Shown here: positions 1-9,740 of the stretch, piece by piece
How the letters are laid out: every line of letters starts with the position of its first letter
Numbering within the stretch: the stretch's first letter is position 1
Assembly: GCA_964549685.1 (NCBI GenBank)
Contig: CAZJVE010000006.1
Coordinates: forward strand, 108-64,107
Origin: an uncultured archaeon
Lineage (GTDB): Archaea; Altiarchaeota; Altiarchaeia; IMC4; QMZM01
Direction of reading: 5' to 3'
DNA length: 64,000 bases
Position numbers and translations under genes: made by a program
The notes under the pieces: generated by a model
What the model saw: only the letters and a program-made list of their open reading frames with translations
Database searches by the model: none
Told to the model about the DNA's origin: nothing

Positions 1-450
1 GGAAACGTAATTGCAGCATTGGCTGCGGCCCTTGGAATAGCCAGTACGGGTTATTTCTCTGCAAAGGGTCTAGAAATGTCCGGAAACGCGGCTGCTGGAG
101 TTACCGGAGAGGATGAAGAGAACTTCTCCGCTGCATTGATACTAGAGGCTCTGCCCCAGACGCAGGTGGTTTATGGATTTATTATAGCTGTTCTTATAGT
201 TCTGGGCATAATGAGTGGAGGAATGACCATAGAAAAGGGACTTGTAGCCATGGTTGCCAGCATAGTGGTAGGAGTCGCCGGTGTTTCAGCTCTACTTCAG
301 GGTAAGGTGGCAGTGTCTGCCATACTGGCTGCAGCAAAGAATCCCAGCGTAAAGGGCAAGGTCCTCCTGTTCGTTGTCATGCCCGAGATTGCAGCATTGT
401 TCGGCTTCGTTATAGCCATAATGCTTCTGATATCTGGGAAGGTCTTCTAA
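1..450 (+). CDS. atpK: A/V-type ATP synthase subunit K (c), paralogue 1, 5'-partial
   Basis: Frame open from base 1 (GNVIAALAAALGIA...); four hydrophobic helices, LPQTQVVYG and MPEIAALFG motifs; close paralogue of 3505..3990. Confidence 0.93.
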   Translation, partial: GNVIAALAAALGIASTGYFSAKGLEMSGNAAAGVTGEDEENFSAALILEALPQTQVVYGFIIAVLIVLGIMSGGMTIEKGLVAMVASIVVGVAGVSALLQGKVAVSAILAAAKNPSVKGKVLLFVVMPEIAALFGFVIAIMLLISGKVF

Positions 451-474
451 TCAGAAGGCCTATTCTTTTTTTAA

Positions 475-1410
475 TCAGAACAGGTTTATCACAGATTTGG
501 CCATGCCAGACAGATGCCTTATAGTATGCCTCAGGTTATTGTAGATCAATGTCTGGCTAAGGGCCTTCTTATCAGTCATATTAAGGGTTTTCTTATCGGC
601 TACATCTATCTCCTTGCCTCTGAGTTTCCGGACGCTCTCTATGACCTCGTTTGCCAACTTGGTATTTCCGGACCTCAAGGAGAGCATTGTGTCACGGTAT
701 AATTCCAGGGTTTCGTTTAGAATCGGGACAAACTCCGTTGAAACATTGCCCCCGTCCAGCATAAACTGGGCTATTTCCTCCATGTGGTCAGATATAATCT
801 CTATCCGGTCCACAATCCTCAGCAGAGGGATAACGTTGTGCTCGGAGTACGAGGACAGCTGCCTCAAAATCAGGAAATAGAACTTGTCAATCTCGGACTC
901 CCTGAGGATTATCTCATCAAGGATGTCGTGGTCATAATTCTTTCCCTTCCCCACCTCCTTGATAATCTCCTCAATGGTAGATGTGGACATTTCGTGCATC
1001 CTGCTTATCAGATCGAAAATATCCCCCTGCTCCCTCATCAGCATCCTGAATGTCATTTCATTGGTGCCTTCCCCGAAGGGCTCAAGGCCTATGAGGGATT
1101 TTGTAAGGTCCTTTAGCCTGGACCTGATATTAGAGGTTATTCTGGTCCTGGAGGTGACTATAACCGTGCCATAGCCCTGGATGTATCTGGTAATCAGCAG
1201 CCTCTTCACGAATTCCGGGTCTGCGTTTTTGTCAATCTTTATCTCCACCCCCTCGCCCTTCGCGTCCTCCAGCATCAGCAATAGCTTATCCCCCCTGTCC
1301 AGCACGCCTATGAAATCCCCCCTCTTGACACTGTTTCGGTTGGCCCAGTCCTTGGGTAGTGAGACTATAAAAGTCTTGTTGCCGGTGGTCTGTATCTTCC
1401 GGTGGTCCAT
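475..1410 (-). CDS. AbrB-like N-terminal domain / PhoU-domain transcriptional regulator
   Basis: N-terminus RKIQTTGNKTFIVSLPKDW typical of archaeal AbrB-PhoU regulators; ESEIDKFYFLILRQL and RIEIISDH PhoU-like helices. Confidence 0.85.
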   Translation of the reverse strand: MDHRKIQTTGNKTFIVSLPKDWANRNSVKRGDFIGVLDRGDKLLLMLEDAKGEGVEIKIDKNADPEFVKRLLITRYIQGYGTVIVTSRTRITSNIRSRLKDLTKSLIGLEPFGEGTNEMTFRMLMREQGDIFDLISRMHEMSTSTIEEIIKEVGKGKNYDHDILDEIILRESEIDKFYFLILRQLSSYSEHNVIPLLRIVDRIEIISDHMEEIAQFMLDGGNVSTEFVPILNETLELYRDTMLSLRSGNTKLANEVIESVRKLRGKEIDVADKKTLNMTDKKALSQTLIYNNLRHTIRHLSGMAKSVINLF

Positions 1411-1520
1411 ATGTAAATATATAGAGTATATAACTTATATATGGAGTCTATTGAATTCAGAATATAAATACATGAGCATGATTTATAACGGATGCTTCTA
1501 TTCTATATACTAAATAAAAA

Positions 1521-3488
1521 ATGTTGCAATCAGTCCGTATGAGTAGGGTAGACGGTATTATTTTTGATGAATACAAGGCTAATTTAATCAATAAACTGCA
1601 CAAAGCAGGAGTTGCTCAGATAGAATTTCTAGAAGACAAAGAGCTCGAGGATATGGAACTCAATAGGGACAGACCGCTCGAGAAAGTCATCGAGGTATCC
1701 AACCTTCTTCTCAGGATAAGAAAGCTTCTGGACACCCTCCAGAGGTTTGACGTCAAGGATGTGCCTTTTCTGGAGTCCATGCTGAACATAGAAAGGACCG
1801 AAAAGATAGAGGTCGGTGAGCTTTCTATAGATGAGGTAATCAAAGAAACGAATGAACTGATAGAGGGTATTGAGGAGGGAATACTAAACGCTGATAGTAG
1901 CGTTCAGAGGCTTGAATCGAAGATAACGGAAACCGCAGACCTCATAGAGAAGTACAGCCTGTTCAAGGGCATGGAGATAAGGCTGGAGAACATTGGCGAA
2001 TCTACATACCTCTATAAGATTGCCAGTACGGTAAAGGAGGAACGTGTACCTTCCCTGAAGGAGAGGCTCCCCAAGAGTTTCGAGGACGAATATATGCTCA
2101 TCCTGGGAGGCGAGGTGCAGGGAAAGATTCTCGCCATCATAGTCGTAATGAAGGAGAGGAAGGATGAGCTGAATGCTTTCCTCCGGGAATTCGGGATTGA
2201 CCCGATTCAGGTTACCGGGGAGGGCTACGTTTCTGAGATTCTCAAGGGAATGGAGGATGAGCTGAAGAAGCTGCGTCATGACGTAGAGGAGTCTCATAGA
2301 GGGCTGGAGGAGAATTTCAACAAGCATTACAAGAAAATGCTTGCGCTGGAGGAATTGCTTTCGCTGGAGAAGGACAGGGCCGAGATATTCATCAGGTTCG
2401 GGAGAACAAGTAAAACAACGATGTTGAGACTGTGGGTTCCCCAAGAAAAGTCCAAGGAAACAATAGAGTTGATAAACAAGGAGACGAACGGTGCCTGTAT
2501 ACTAAACGTGGATAACGATCCTGACGAGGCACCAATCCTGCTTCACAACCCAAAGCCTCTAAATTCATTCGAGATGCTGACCAAGCTCTTTTCCTCCCCC
2601 AGGTACAAAGAGATTGACCCCACCCTGTTCATGATACCTACCTTCGCCCTGTTCTTTGGAATAATGATGACGGACGCTGTTTATGGTGTGATACTGATTA
2701 TTGCGGCCCTCTTGCTCAGGAAGAAGTACGGTAAGATATCTCTTGGTGCCAAGGACATGTCAACCATATTTGTGGCTTGCGGTATAGCCTCAATCGTTAT
2801 GGGGATATTGACCGGGAGCTATATGGGAGACTTCCTTGGGAAATACATTCTTGGGAAGTCATCCCAGGAGATAGCGCTATGGATGGACCCAATGTATGAA
2901 GGAAATTCCCTGACCATCCTCATAGCTGTATGCGTTATGGGATTCATCCATGTTTATTTCGGACATCTGCTGGGAATGTATGACAAGCTGAGAAGGGGAA
3001 AGGTGAAAGATGCAATCCAGGAGAACCTGTCGTGGTATATCCTGTTCTTTGGCTTGCTTATGGCCATAGTATCATACTTTAATCTTTTTCCATTACCGGA
3101 ATTCATGCTGTGGGTGGGAGTATTACTTGTCTTGATATCCTTTACCCTCCTATACATGCATTTTGGCTTCCTCTTTTTTACCGACGTAATCGGTGTAGTA
3201 GGGAATGTCCTCTCATATGCAAGGCTCCTGGCCATGGCATTAACAACTGCGGGAATCGCGATGAGCTTCAACTTTCTGGCTTCGATGGCAATGGATATTC
3301 CATGGGTCGGAATACCGATGGCGGCATTAGTATTTATTTCTGGGCACGTAATTAATATCCTCATAAATTCATTGGGGGCGTTTGTCCATTCCATAAGGCT
3401 TCACTATGTGGAGCATTTTGGAACATATTATATTGGGGGTGGAAAAGAGTTCCAACCATTTATGGAAGAGAGAAGATACTCATATTAA
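1521..3488 (+). CDS. atpI: A/V-type ATP synthase subunit I (a)
   Basis: 655 aa; soluble N-half, membrane C-half; EIDPT, LSYARLLA and HSIRLHYVE motifs. Confidence 0.96.
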   Translation: MLQSVRMSRVDGIIFDEYKANLINKLHKAGVAQIEFLEDKELEDMELNRDRPLEKVIEVSNLLLRIRKLLDTLQRFDVKDVPFLESMLNIERTEKIEVGELSIDEVIKETNELIEGIEEGILNADSSVQRLESKITETADLIEKYSLFKGMEIRLENIGESTYLYKIASTVKEERVPSLKERLPKSFEDEYMLILGGEVQGKILAIIVVMKERKDELNAFLREFGIDPIQVTGEGYVSEILKGMEDELKKLRHDVEESHRGLEENFNKHYKKMLALEELLSLEKDRAEIFIRFGRTSKTTMLRLWVPQEKSKETIELINKETNGACILNVDNDPDEAPILLHNPKPLNSFEMLTKLFSSPRYKEIDPTLFMIPTFALFFGIMMTDAVYGVILIIAALLLRKKYGKISLGAKDMSTIFVACGIASIVMGILTGSYMGDFLGKYILGKSSQEIALWMDPMYEGNSLTILIAVCVMGFIHVYFGHLLGMYDKLRRGKVKDAIQENLSWYILFFGLLMAIVSYFNLFPLPEFMLWVGVLLVLISFTLLYMHFGFLFFTDVIGVVGNVLSYARLLAMALTTAGIAMSFNFLASMAMDIPWVGIPMAALVFISGHVINILINSLGAFVHSIRLHYVEHFGTYYIGGGKEFQPFMEERRYSY

Positions 3489-3504
3489 CAAGAAGAGGTG
3501 AAAA

Positions 3505-3990
3505 ATGGCAATAACTGAGGTAATTGGAAGCGTTATTAACGGAAACGTACTTGGAGGTATTGGAGCCGCACTCGCAATCGGAATAGCAGGCTATGGCTCT
3601 GCAAAGGGCCTAGGGATATCTGGAAACGCGGCCTCTGGAGTTACAGGGGAAAATGAAGGGAACTTCTCCTCTGCATTGATACTCCAGGTCCTGCCACAGA
3701 CCCAGGTGGTTTATGGATTCATTATAGCTGTTCTGATAATACTCAGCATAATGGGTGAGGCGATGAGCCTTGAGAAGGGTGGCGTAGCCCTAGCAGCAGG
3801 TATTGCAGTAGGAGTTACTGGATTGTCTGGAATAGCCCAGGGTAATGCTGCTGCTGCGGCAATAGGAGCAGCAACAAAGAACCCAAAGGTTAGAGGAAAG
3901 GTTTTAATCTTTGTCGTAATGCCTGAGATTGCGGCATTGTTCGGCTTTGTTATAGCGATAATGTTGCTGATTTCGGGCGGAGTGTTATAA
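3505..3990 (+). CDS. atpK: A/V-type ATP synthase subunit K (c), paralogue 2
   Basis: 161-aa double-hairpin proteolipid with LPQTQVVYG, QG and MPEIAALFG; GAGGTGA ribosome-binding site upstream. Confidence 0.95.
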   Translation: MAITEVIGSVINGNVLGGIGAALAIGIAGYGSAKGLGISGNAASGVTGENEGNFSSALILQVLPQTQVVYGFIIAVLIILSIMGEAMSLEKGGVALAAGIAVGVTGLSGIAQGNAAAAAIGAATKNPKVRGKVLIFVVMPEIAALFGFVIAIMLLISGGVL

Positions 3991-3997
3991 TAACAAA

Positions 3998-5032
3998 ATG
4001 CCGCCAGAAAAGGGAGAACACTACGCCTATGCATATGGGGTGGTATGCGGGAAATACTCCAAGCTGTTTGACTACAGGGTTATGGAGAACTTTATCGAGG
4101 CCAGGGGTATCTCAGAGATACTCGCCTCCCTGGAGGCAACAGAGTATGAAAAGGACATCCGCGGCGACCTGAGAAAGGAAGCCACCACCAGGCCTCTGGA
4201 GCTCGCCCTGAAGAAGCACTTCATGAGGATATACGACGAGATTGCCTTAACTATGCCGGAGAATGACAGGAAGCTACTCGATACAATAATTTCCGAGGAG
4301 TTGAATGTCAGGAACCTGAAGATAATTCTGAGAGCCATACACTCCGGCATGCCGCATGAGAGGTTGATGCAGCTGGTCGGGCCCTCCAGGAAGGACGATG
4401 CTAAATTCTTCCAGAATCTTTCTAAATCCGGCAGTATTGAAGAATTCATATCCGGGCTTAGAGACACGCCCTATCATAAAGCCCTGTTGGATAAGGTGGG
4501 GGCATATAAGGAATTCGGAAACCTTCTCCCGCTTGAGGCTGCACTTGACAAAGTCCTGATAGAGAAATGGGAGGAGCACACGGTTGAGAACGATGAGATT
4601 AAAACCTTCGTAGGGGCCAAGATTGATAGGATAAACATCAAGAATGTCATAAAGTGTAAGATATACGGGATACCCCTCCAGGAACACATATTCGATGGCG
4701 GTTTGCAGCTAAGCAAAATGGTCCTAGGTCCCATGGCAGGTGTAGGTATAGACGAGATGAACAGGCTTGTAGAGCGTACAATATACGGCAACGTCGTGAG
4801 AGAGGCAATCGAGGAATACAAAAAAACCGGTTCATTGACGCATCTCGATGTGGGTCTTGAGAGGATAGTCATGAGTCTCCTTGAACACGCTTCCAAGTTC
4901 AATCCCCTGAGCATCGGCTCAGTGATATCCTTCCTGAACCTGAAGGGGAAGGAGGTAAAGAACCTGATAACGATAGTCATATGCAAGAACTATGACATAC
5001 CTCCAAAGGAGATAAAGGAGCTTATGATTTAG
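3998..5032 (+). CDS. atpC: A/V-type ATP synthase subunit C
   Basis: 344 aa; YAYAYG N-terminus, NLKIILRA, IDRINIKNVIK and EVKNL motifs; follows atpI-atpK. Confidence 0.9.
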   Translation: MPPEKGEHYAYAYGVVCGKYSKLFDYRVMENFIEARGISEILASLEATEYEKDIRGDLRKEATTRPLELALKKHFMRIYDEIALTMPENDRKLLDTIISEELNVRNLKIILRAIHSGMPHERLMQLVGPSRKDDAKFFQNLSKSGSIEEFISGLRDTPYHKALLDKVGAYKEFGNLLPLEAALDKVLIEKWEEHTVENDEIKTFVGAKIDRINIKNVIKCKIYGIPLQEHIFDGGLQLSKMVLGPMAGVGIDEMNRLVERTIYGNVVREAIEEYKKTGSLTHLDVGLERIVMSLLEHASKFNPLSIGSVISFLNLKGKEVKNLITIVICKNYDIPPKEIKELMI

Positions 5033-5034
5033 AT

Positions 5035-5053
5035 TGTTCTAATAATGTGAACA
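5035..5053. repeat. TGTTC-N9-GAACA palindrome, left copy of a 19-bp direct repeat
   Basis: tgttctaataatgtgaaca, 2 bp after the atpC stop; 18/19 identical to 5457..5475. Confidence 0.85.
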
Positions 5054-5109
5054 GAATGCAAGGCCGAAGTGGTTAAGGATAAGAGCTATCTCGTTATTAG
5101 CAAAATAGC

Positions 5110-5355
5110 ATGATGAAGAACCAAGCAATCTTTACAAAGAAAACAATTCGGATGTTATTGGTAGTATCCTTCATTATCTCTTTACTTCTATGTTTATTTT
5201 ACATGGTTCCTACTGCTACTCATTGCCCTCCCGATGGTGGATGTGCGCCAGTTCCTCTTGGAGCGCCATTTATAATGGTCATTATTGTATGGATTCCTAC
5301 CTTCTTAGTAATTTCATTACTCTATTATCTTTATCGACGATTCATTAGATTATGA
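5110..5355 (+). CDS. Small two-helix membrane protein with Cys-Pro loop (hypothetical)
   Basis: 81-aa ORF with two hydrophobic segments around HCPPDGGC; AT-rich; only ORF in the gap. Confidence 0.6.
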   Translation: MMKNQAIFTKKTIRMLLVVSFIISLLLCLFYMVPTATHCPPDGGCAPVPLGAPFIMVIIVWIPTFLVISLLYYLYRRFIRL

Positions 5356-5456
5356 AATGATAACGAAAGAGTTAGGCACTACAAACCATAACTCCCGCTT
5401 GCGACAGGCGGTTGAAAAAATGAGAACTCCCGAAAATGCGACAATACCAGAAAAAG

Positions 5457-5475
5457 TGTTCTAATTATGTGAACA
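5457..5475. repeat. TGTTC-N9-GAACA palindrome, right copy of a 19-bp direct repeat
   Basis: tgttctaattatgtgaaca, directly abutting the atpD stop codon at 5476. Confidence 0.85.
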
Positions 5476-6129
5476 TTAGGTTGCAGCCCTGCCCTTTTTC
5501 TTCTTCACCATCTTGAGCCTGAAGAAAGCCTCGCGCTCCATCTCCTCCAGCCGCATCTCTATGTAGCGCTTGGTGTTGTTCAGCTTGGGTATCATCAGGT
5601 ATTCCAGTGCGTTGACTCGCCTTCTTGTCTTCTTTATCTCCTCGCCGAGCCTCCTTATCGTCTCCTCTGCCTCTATGACCTTACCGATGTGCTCGACCAC
5701 CTTGTCGAAATGAGCAGTGGATTCCTGAAGATTTGACGATGTGAATGTAATGGTGTATCCCCTCTCAAGAGAACTCCCCTCCGACTCGGCCTTCCGGGTC
5801 AGCTCTATCTGCGGCGTCTTGACCCCCATGATGCTCCGGATGCCTACGTTCTCCTCCCACATGTCAGGGGTTGCGGACGCTATGCTCTCCACCTGGGCCG
5901 AGTCCATCAGTGCTTCCGCCTTTATGAGGCTTGCATATCCCTTCCTCATGACGTCGTAGAGCTCCTCCCGTGTGCCCTTGGCCTTCTTTACCTGCTCAAA
6001 GAACTCGGTCATTAGGGAATCCCTCTTCTCCTTAAGAAGCTTGTGGCCCTTTTCAGCCAGAACAGTCCTATCTTTTATCTCAAGAAGCTCCATCCGTGTG
6101 GGATGGATTCCTTCAATGATTTCAGCCAT
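5476..6129 (-). CDS. atpD: A/V-type ATP synthase subunit D
   Basis: PTRMELL, GHKLLKEKRDSL and KKTRRRVNALEY motifs. Confidence 0.96.
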   Translation of the reverse strand: MAEIIEGIHPTRMELLEIKDRTVLAEKGHKLLKEKRDSLMTEFFEQVKKAKGTREELYDVMRKGYASLIKAEALMDSAQVESIASATPDMWEENVGIRSIMGVKTPQIELTRKAESEGSSLERGYTITFTSSNLQESTAHFDKVVEHIGKVIEAEETIRRLGEEIKKTRRRVNALEYLMIPKLNNTKRYIEMRLEEMEREAFFRLKMVKKKKGRAAT

Positions 6130-7508
6130 TATTCCTTCTTTTTCCCGTACTTCTCAATGTACTTGGGATCTATCCTCTTCAGTTCCCTTTCAGGAAGAAT
6201 CGAGAGCAGCTCCCAGCCGATTGACAGGGTGCCCTGGATGGTCCTGTCCTCGTCGGTGCCCTGGTTTATGAACTCGTCCTCGAATCTCTCTGCGAATTCC
6301 AGGAATTTCTTATCCCTTTCACTCAAAGCCTCCTCACCTACAACAGCAACAAGGTCTCTTAGGTCCCTGCCCTCGGCGTAGGCCGCATAGAGCTGGTTCG
6401 AAACGCTTGAGTGGTCCTCCCTTGTTCTGTCCTCGCCGATGCCCTGGTTCATAAGCCTCGAGAGGCAGGGAAGAACGTCTATTGGAGGATAAAGGCCCTT
6501 TCTGTGCAGCTGCCTTGTAACGACTATCTGCCCCTCAGTAATATAGCCAGTAAGGTCCGGGATGGGGTGAGTTATGTCATCCCCTGGCATGGACAGAATC
6601 GGAATCTGAGTTATCGTCCCCTTCTTGCCGGTAATCCTGCCCGCTCTTTCATAGCTCATCGCCAGATCGGTGTAGAGATAACCCGGATAGCCCCTTCTTC
6701 CCGGGACCTCCTCCCTTGCTGCGGATATCTCCCTCAGTGCCTCGCAGTAGTTTGTGAGGTCCGTAAGGATAACGAGAACGTGCATGCCCTTGTCGAAGGC
6801 AAGGTATTCTGCAGTTGTGAGTGCTATTCTCGGTGTGATGATTCTCTCGACGGTCGGGTCATCGGCCAGATTTATGAAGGATACTATTCTTTCAAGGGCT
6901 CCTGTCCTCTCGAAGTCCTTTCTGAAGAAGGTTGCCTCTCCAGCAGTGATTCCCATGGCTGCGAATATTACTGCGAACTCCTCCTTCTCACCTATGACCT
7001 TCGCCTGCCTTGCAATCTGTGCGGCAATCTCATTATGCGTTAGGCCGGCTCCTGAGAAGATGGGCAGTTTTTGTCCCCTTACGAGGGTGTTCATTCCGTC
7101 AATTGCCGAGATGCCGGTCTGTATGAATTCCCTCGGGAATTCCCTTGCCGTGGGGTTCATCGGCTCCCCGTTGATGTCCCTCCGGTCCTCAGGGAGAATT
7201 TCGCCCTTTCCGTCCCTCGGCCTGCCGGCTCCATCAAAGATTCTGCCCAGCATGTCAACCGAGACCGGAATCTTCATCGTCTCTCCAAGGAACTTGGCTG
7301 TTGTGTTCTTAGTGTCAAGGTCGCTCGTGCCCTCGAATACCTGGACTACGGCCTTGTCCGTCATTGCGTCCAAGACCTGGCCGGTTCTGATTTCACCATC
7401 AGCAGTGGTTATTTCAACTACTTCCCCATATGCCACTTCGCTGACCTTGTCGACTATCATTAGCGGTCCTGCGACCTCTATTATGCTCTTATACTCCTTA
7501 ATCCCCAT
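6129..7508 (-). CDS. atpB: A/V-type ATP synthase subunit B
   Basis: [23 protein letters not shown] and [15 protein letters not shown] motifs. Confidence 0.98.
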   Translation of the reverse strand: MGIKEYKSIIEVAGPLMIVDKVSEVAYGEVVEITTADGEIRTGQVLDAMTDKAVVQVFEGTSDLDTKNTTAKFLGETMKIPVSVDMLGRIFDGAGRPRDGKGEILPEDRRDINGEPMNPTAREFPREFIQTGISAIDGMNTLVRGQKLPIFSGAGLTHNEIAAQIARQAKVIGEKEEFAVIFAAMGITAGEATFFRKDFERTGALERIVSFINLADDPTVERIITPRIALTTAEYLAFDKGMHVLVILTDLTNYCEALREISAAREEVPGRRGYPGYLYTDLAMSYERAGRITGKKGTITQIPILSMPGDDITHPIPDLTGYITEGQIVVTRQLHRKGLYPPIDVLPCLSRLMNQGIGEDRTREDHSSVSNQLYAAYAEGRDLRDLVAVVGEEALSERDKKFLEFAERFEDEFINQGTDEDRTIQGTLSIGWELLSILPERELKRIDPKYIEKYGKKKE

Positions 7509-9366
7509 CTTTCTTGCTCACCTTCTGTTTGTCGGTACTTTCCTCTTTCTTGTCGGCAGCCCCATCCTTCTTTGACGCCGTCTGTTTGTCGGCACTCTCC
7601 TCTTTCTTATCAGTGCTCGCATCTTTCTTTACCACCATCTGCTTGTCGATTTTGCCCATGATGTTCTCGGACTCCTTTGCGAACTTGTCGTTGTCTATGT
7701 ACTTCATCTTTGCTACGTCATCAACAACGGAGATGTCTGCTATGTCCTTGGGCTCCATTCCGCCCTCGAGAGCGACAAGTGCCCGGTCATAGAATTGTAG
7801 TATTACTTTTAGCATCCGGTACTGCTTGTCCGGCGGGCAGAATGTATCGACGTCGTGGAATGCGTTCTGCTGGAGGAAGTCCTCCCGCAGCATCCTGCTG
7901 ACGTCCAGGATAATCCTCTCCTTGTCCGGCAAGGCATCGGGGCCTACAAGCTGGACAATCTCTTTCAGCTCGGATTCCTTCTGCAGGAGGGTCATTGCCC
8001 TGGTCTTCAGGGACGTCCATTCCTTGCTTACGTTCTCGGAGAACCACCCCTTCAAATCCTCGGCATACAGTGAATATGAGGTCAGCCAGTTTATGGACGG
8101 GAAGTGCCTCCTGTCCGCAAGCTTTGCGTCCAGTGCCCAGAATACCTGGGTAACTCTGAGCGTGTTCTGTGTCACAGGCTCGGAGAAGTCTCCCCCAGGA
8201 GGAGATACAGCACCTATTGCGGTGGTAGAGCCAAGCCTTCCGTCGCTGCCCATGCAGATGACCCTGCCGGTCCGTTCATAGAACTGCGCGAGCCTTGAGG
8301 CCAGATATGCAGGATATCCTTCCTCCCCTGGCATCTCCTCAAGCCTTCCTGAAATCTCTCTCATCGCCTCGGCCCATCTTGATGTAGAGTCTGCCATCAG
8401 CGCGGTATTGTAGCCCATGTCCCGGTAGTATTCAGCAAGGGTCATTCCAGTATAGACTGAAGCCTCTCTTGCTGCAACGGGCATGTTGGATGTGTTTGCG
8501 ATAAGGCACGTCCTCTCCATGAGAGGCAGCTTGCTCTTCGGGTCTTCGAGATGGGGGAATTCCTCCAGAACCTCCGTCATCTCATTGCCTCTTTCTCCGC
8601 AGCCGACGTAGATTATGACCTCGGCGTCGACCCACTTTGCAAGCTGGTGCTGCGAGACCGTCTTCCCTGTCCCGAAACCGCCGGGAATTGCCGCTGTTCC
8701 GCCCTTTGCCAGCGGGAAGAACATGTCGAATACTCTCTGTCCAGAAACAAGAGGGACAGAGCTCTCGAGCTTCTCCTTTATTGGCCTCGGTTTTCTTACC
8801 GGCCAGTAGTGCATCATCTGCAGCTTGTGCTTCTTGGAATCGTCCTTCAGGATGCATATCGTGTCATCCAGGTTGAATGTGCCCTCGTCGATGTTCTCCA
8901 CCGTGCCCTTGAGGCCGTGGGGCACCATCACCTTGTGAGTGATTATCTCGGTTTCCTTGACCTCACCTATTATGTCCCCCTCCACCAGGGAGTCGCCCTC
9001 CTTTACAACAGGTTTGAATTTCCACTTCTTTGAATGATCTATCGAGGGAACGGTTATTCCCCTTGCTATGTATTCTCCAGATTTCTCCTGTATAAGATTG
9101 AGAGGTCTCTGAATCCCGTCATATATGGACTTGAGAATTCCCGGGCCCAGTTCAACGGACAGTGTCCTTCCAGTTCCTTCGACGGGTTCTCCGGGCCTTA
9201 ATCCACCTGTTTCCTCATAAACCTGTATGGATGCTACATCCTTCTCAAGCCGGATTACCTCACCAATCAGGGCCTCGTCTCCTACTCTCACGACCTCGTG
9301 CATCTTGCGCCCCTGCATGCCGTCCGCCTCTATAAGAGGCCCCGCAATCCTCACAATCTTGGCCAT
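7498..9366 (-). CDS. atpA: A/V-type ATP synthase subunit A, with charged repeat tail
   Basis: Walker [24 protein letters not shown] and [10 protein letters not shown] motifs; no intein. Confidence 0.98.
   Translation of the reverse strand: MAKIVRIAGPLIEADGMQGRKMHEVVRVGDEALIGEVIRLEKDVASIQVYEETGGLRPGEPVEGTGRTLSVELGPGILKSIYDGIQRPLNLIQEKSGEYIARGITVPSIDHSKKWKFKPVVKEGDSLVEGDIIGEVKETEIITHKVMVPHGLKGTVENIDEGTFNLDDTICILKDDSKKHKLQMMHYWPVRKPRPIKEKLESSVPLVSGQRVFDMFFPLAKGGTAAIPGGFGTGKTVSQHQLAKWVDAEVIIYVGCGERGNEMTEVLEEFPHLEDPKSKLPLMERTCLIANTSNMPVAAREASVYTGMTLAEYYRDMGYNTALMADSTSRWAEAMREISGRLEEMPGEEGYPAYLASRLAQFYERTGRVICMGSDGRLGSTTAIGAVSPPGGDFSEPVTQNTLRVTQVFWALDAKLADRRHFPSINWLTSYSLYAEDLKGWFSENVSKEWTSLKTRAMTLLQKESELKEIVQLVGPDALPDKERIILDVSRMLREDFLQQNAFHDVDTFCPPDKQYRMLKVILQFYDRALVALEGGMEPKDIADISVVDDVAKMKYIDNDKFAKESENIMGKIDKQMVVKKDASTDKKEESADKQTASKKDGAADKKEESTDKQKVSKKDGD
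7503..7629 (-). repeat. 57-bp (19-aa) imperfect tandem repeat in the atpA 3' end
   Basis: [19 protein letters not shown] / [19 protein letters not shown] / KKDG; DNA period 57 bp (ccccatc at 7503 and 7560). Confidence 0.85.
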
Positions 9367-9374
9367 ATAATCAA

Positions 9375-9662
9375 TCAGGATTTGACTTCGAATCCTACAA
9401 CCTCTCTTATTATCCTGTTTATGGAATCCTCGCCACCGCCGGCTCTGTCCGGAATCTCGACTATCATCTTCCCGGACTTTCTGAGTTTCTCTATGTCTTC
9501 CTTTGCACTGGTTGCAAGCCCCCGGGTTATAACAAGTATTTCCTCGGTCTCGCTGCTCTTGCTAAGAATTCCGGATACGTCCCTCTCGGTGGCAAGACTG
9601 ACCTTTTTCAGGCCTGCGAGACCCATTCCGATGGCCGTTAGCCTATCAGTTATAAAGTGCAT
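9375..9662 (-). CDS. atpF: A/V-type ATP synthase subunit F
   Basis: 95 aa; [16 protein letters not shown] and IIREVVG motifs; directly upstream of atpA. Confidence 0.9.
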   Translation of the reverse strand: MHFITDRLTAIGMGLAGLKKVSLATERDVSGILSKSSETEEILVITRGLATSAKEDIEKLRKSGKMIVEIPDRAGGGEDSINRIIREVVGFEVKS

Positions 9663-9682
9663 TTCAATCGGAAAGAAATGAT

Positions 9683-9698
9683 GTTACATATTTGTAAC
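9683..9698. promoter_or_regulatory. Inverted repeat GTTACA-N4-TGTAAC upstream of atpF (candidate operator)
   Basis: gttaca tatt tgtaac lies between an AT-rich TATA-like tract (~9701-9710, minus strand) and the atpF start. Confidence 0.4.
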
Positions 9699-9740
9699 CA
9701 GTAATAAAAAGTCGGCTATATAGGGATATATATTTGACTG

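Noticed and set aside
5355-5456. Integron attC site (GTTAGGC core present)
   Set aside because: Only 6 bp separate TAAC and GTTA, with no long imperfect hairpin of attC size and no integrase; kept only as a note in the cassette finding.
6754-7575. Long antisense ORFs (e.g. 273 aa opposite atpB, 259 aa opposite coaB/coaD, 229 aa opposite uvrB)
   Set aside because: Shadow frames of well-supported genes with no motifs of their own.
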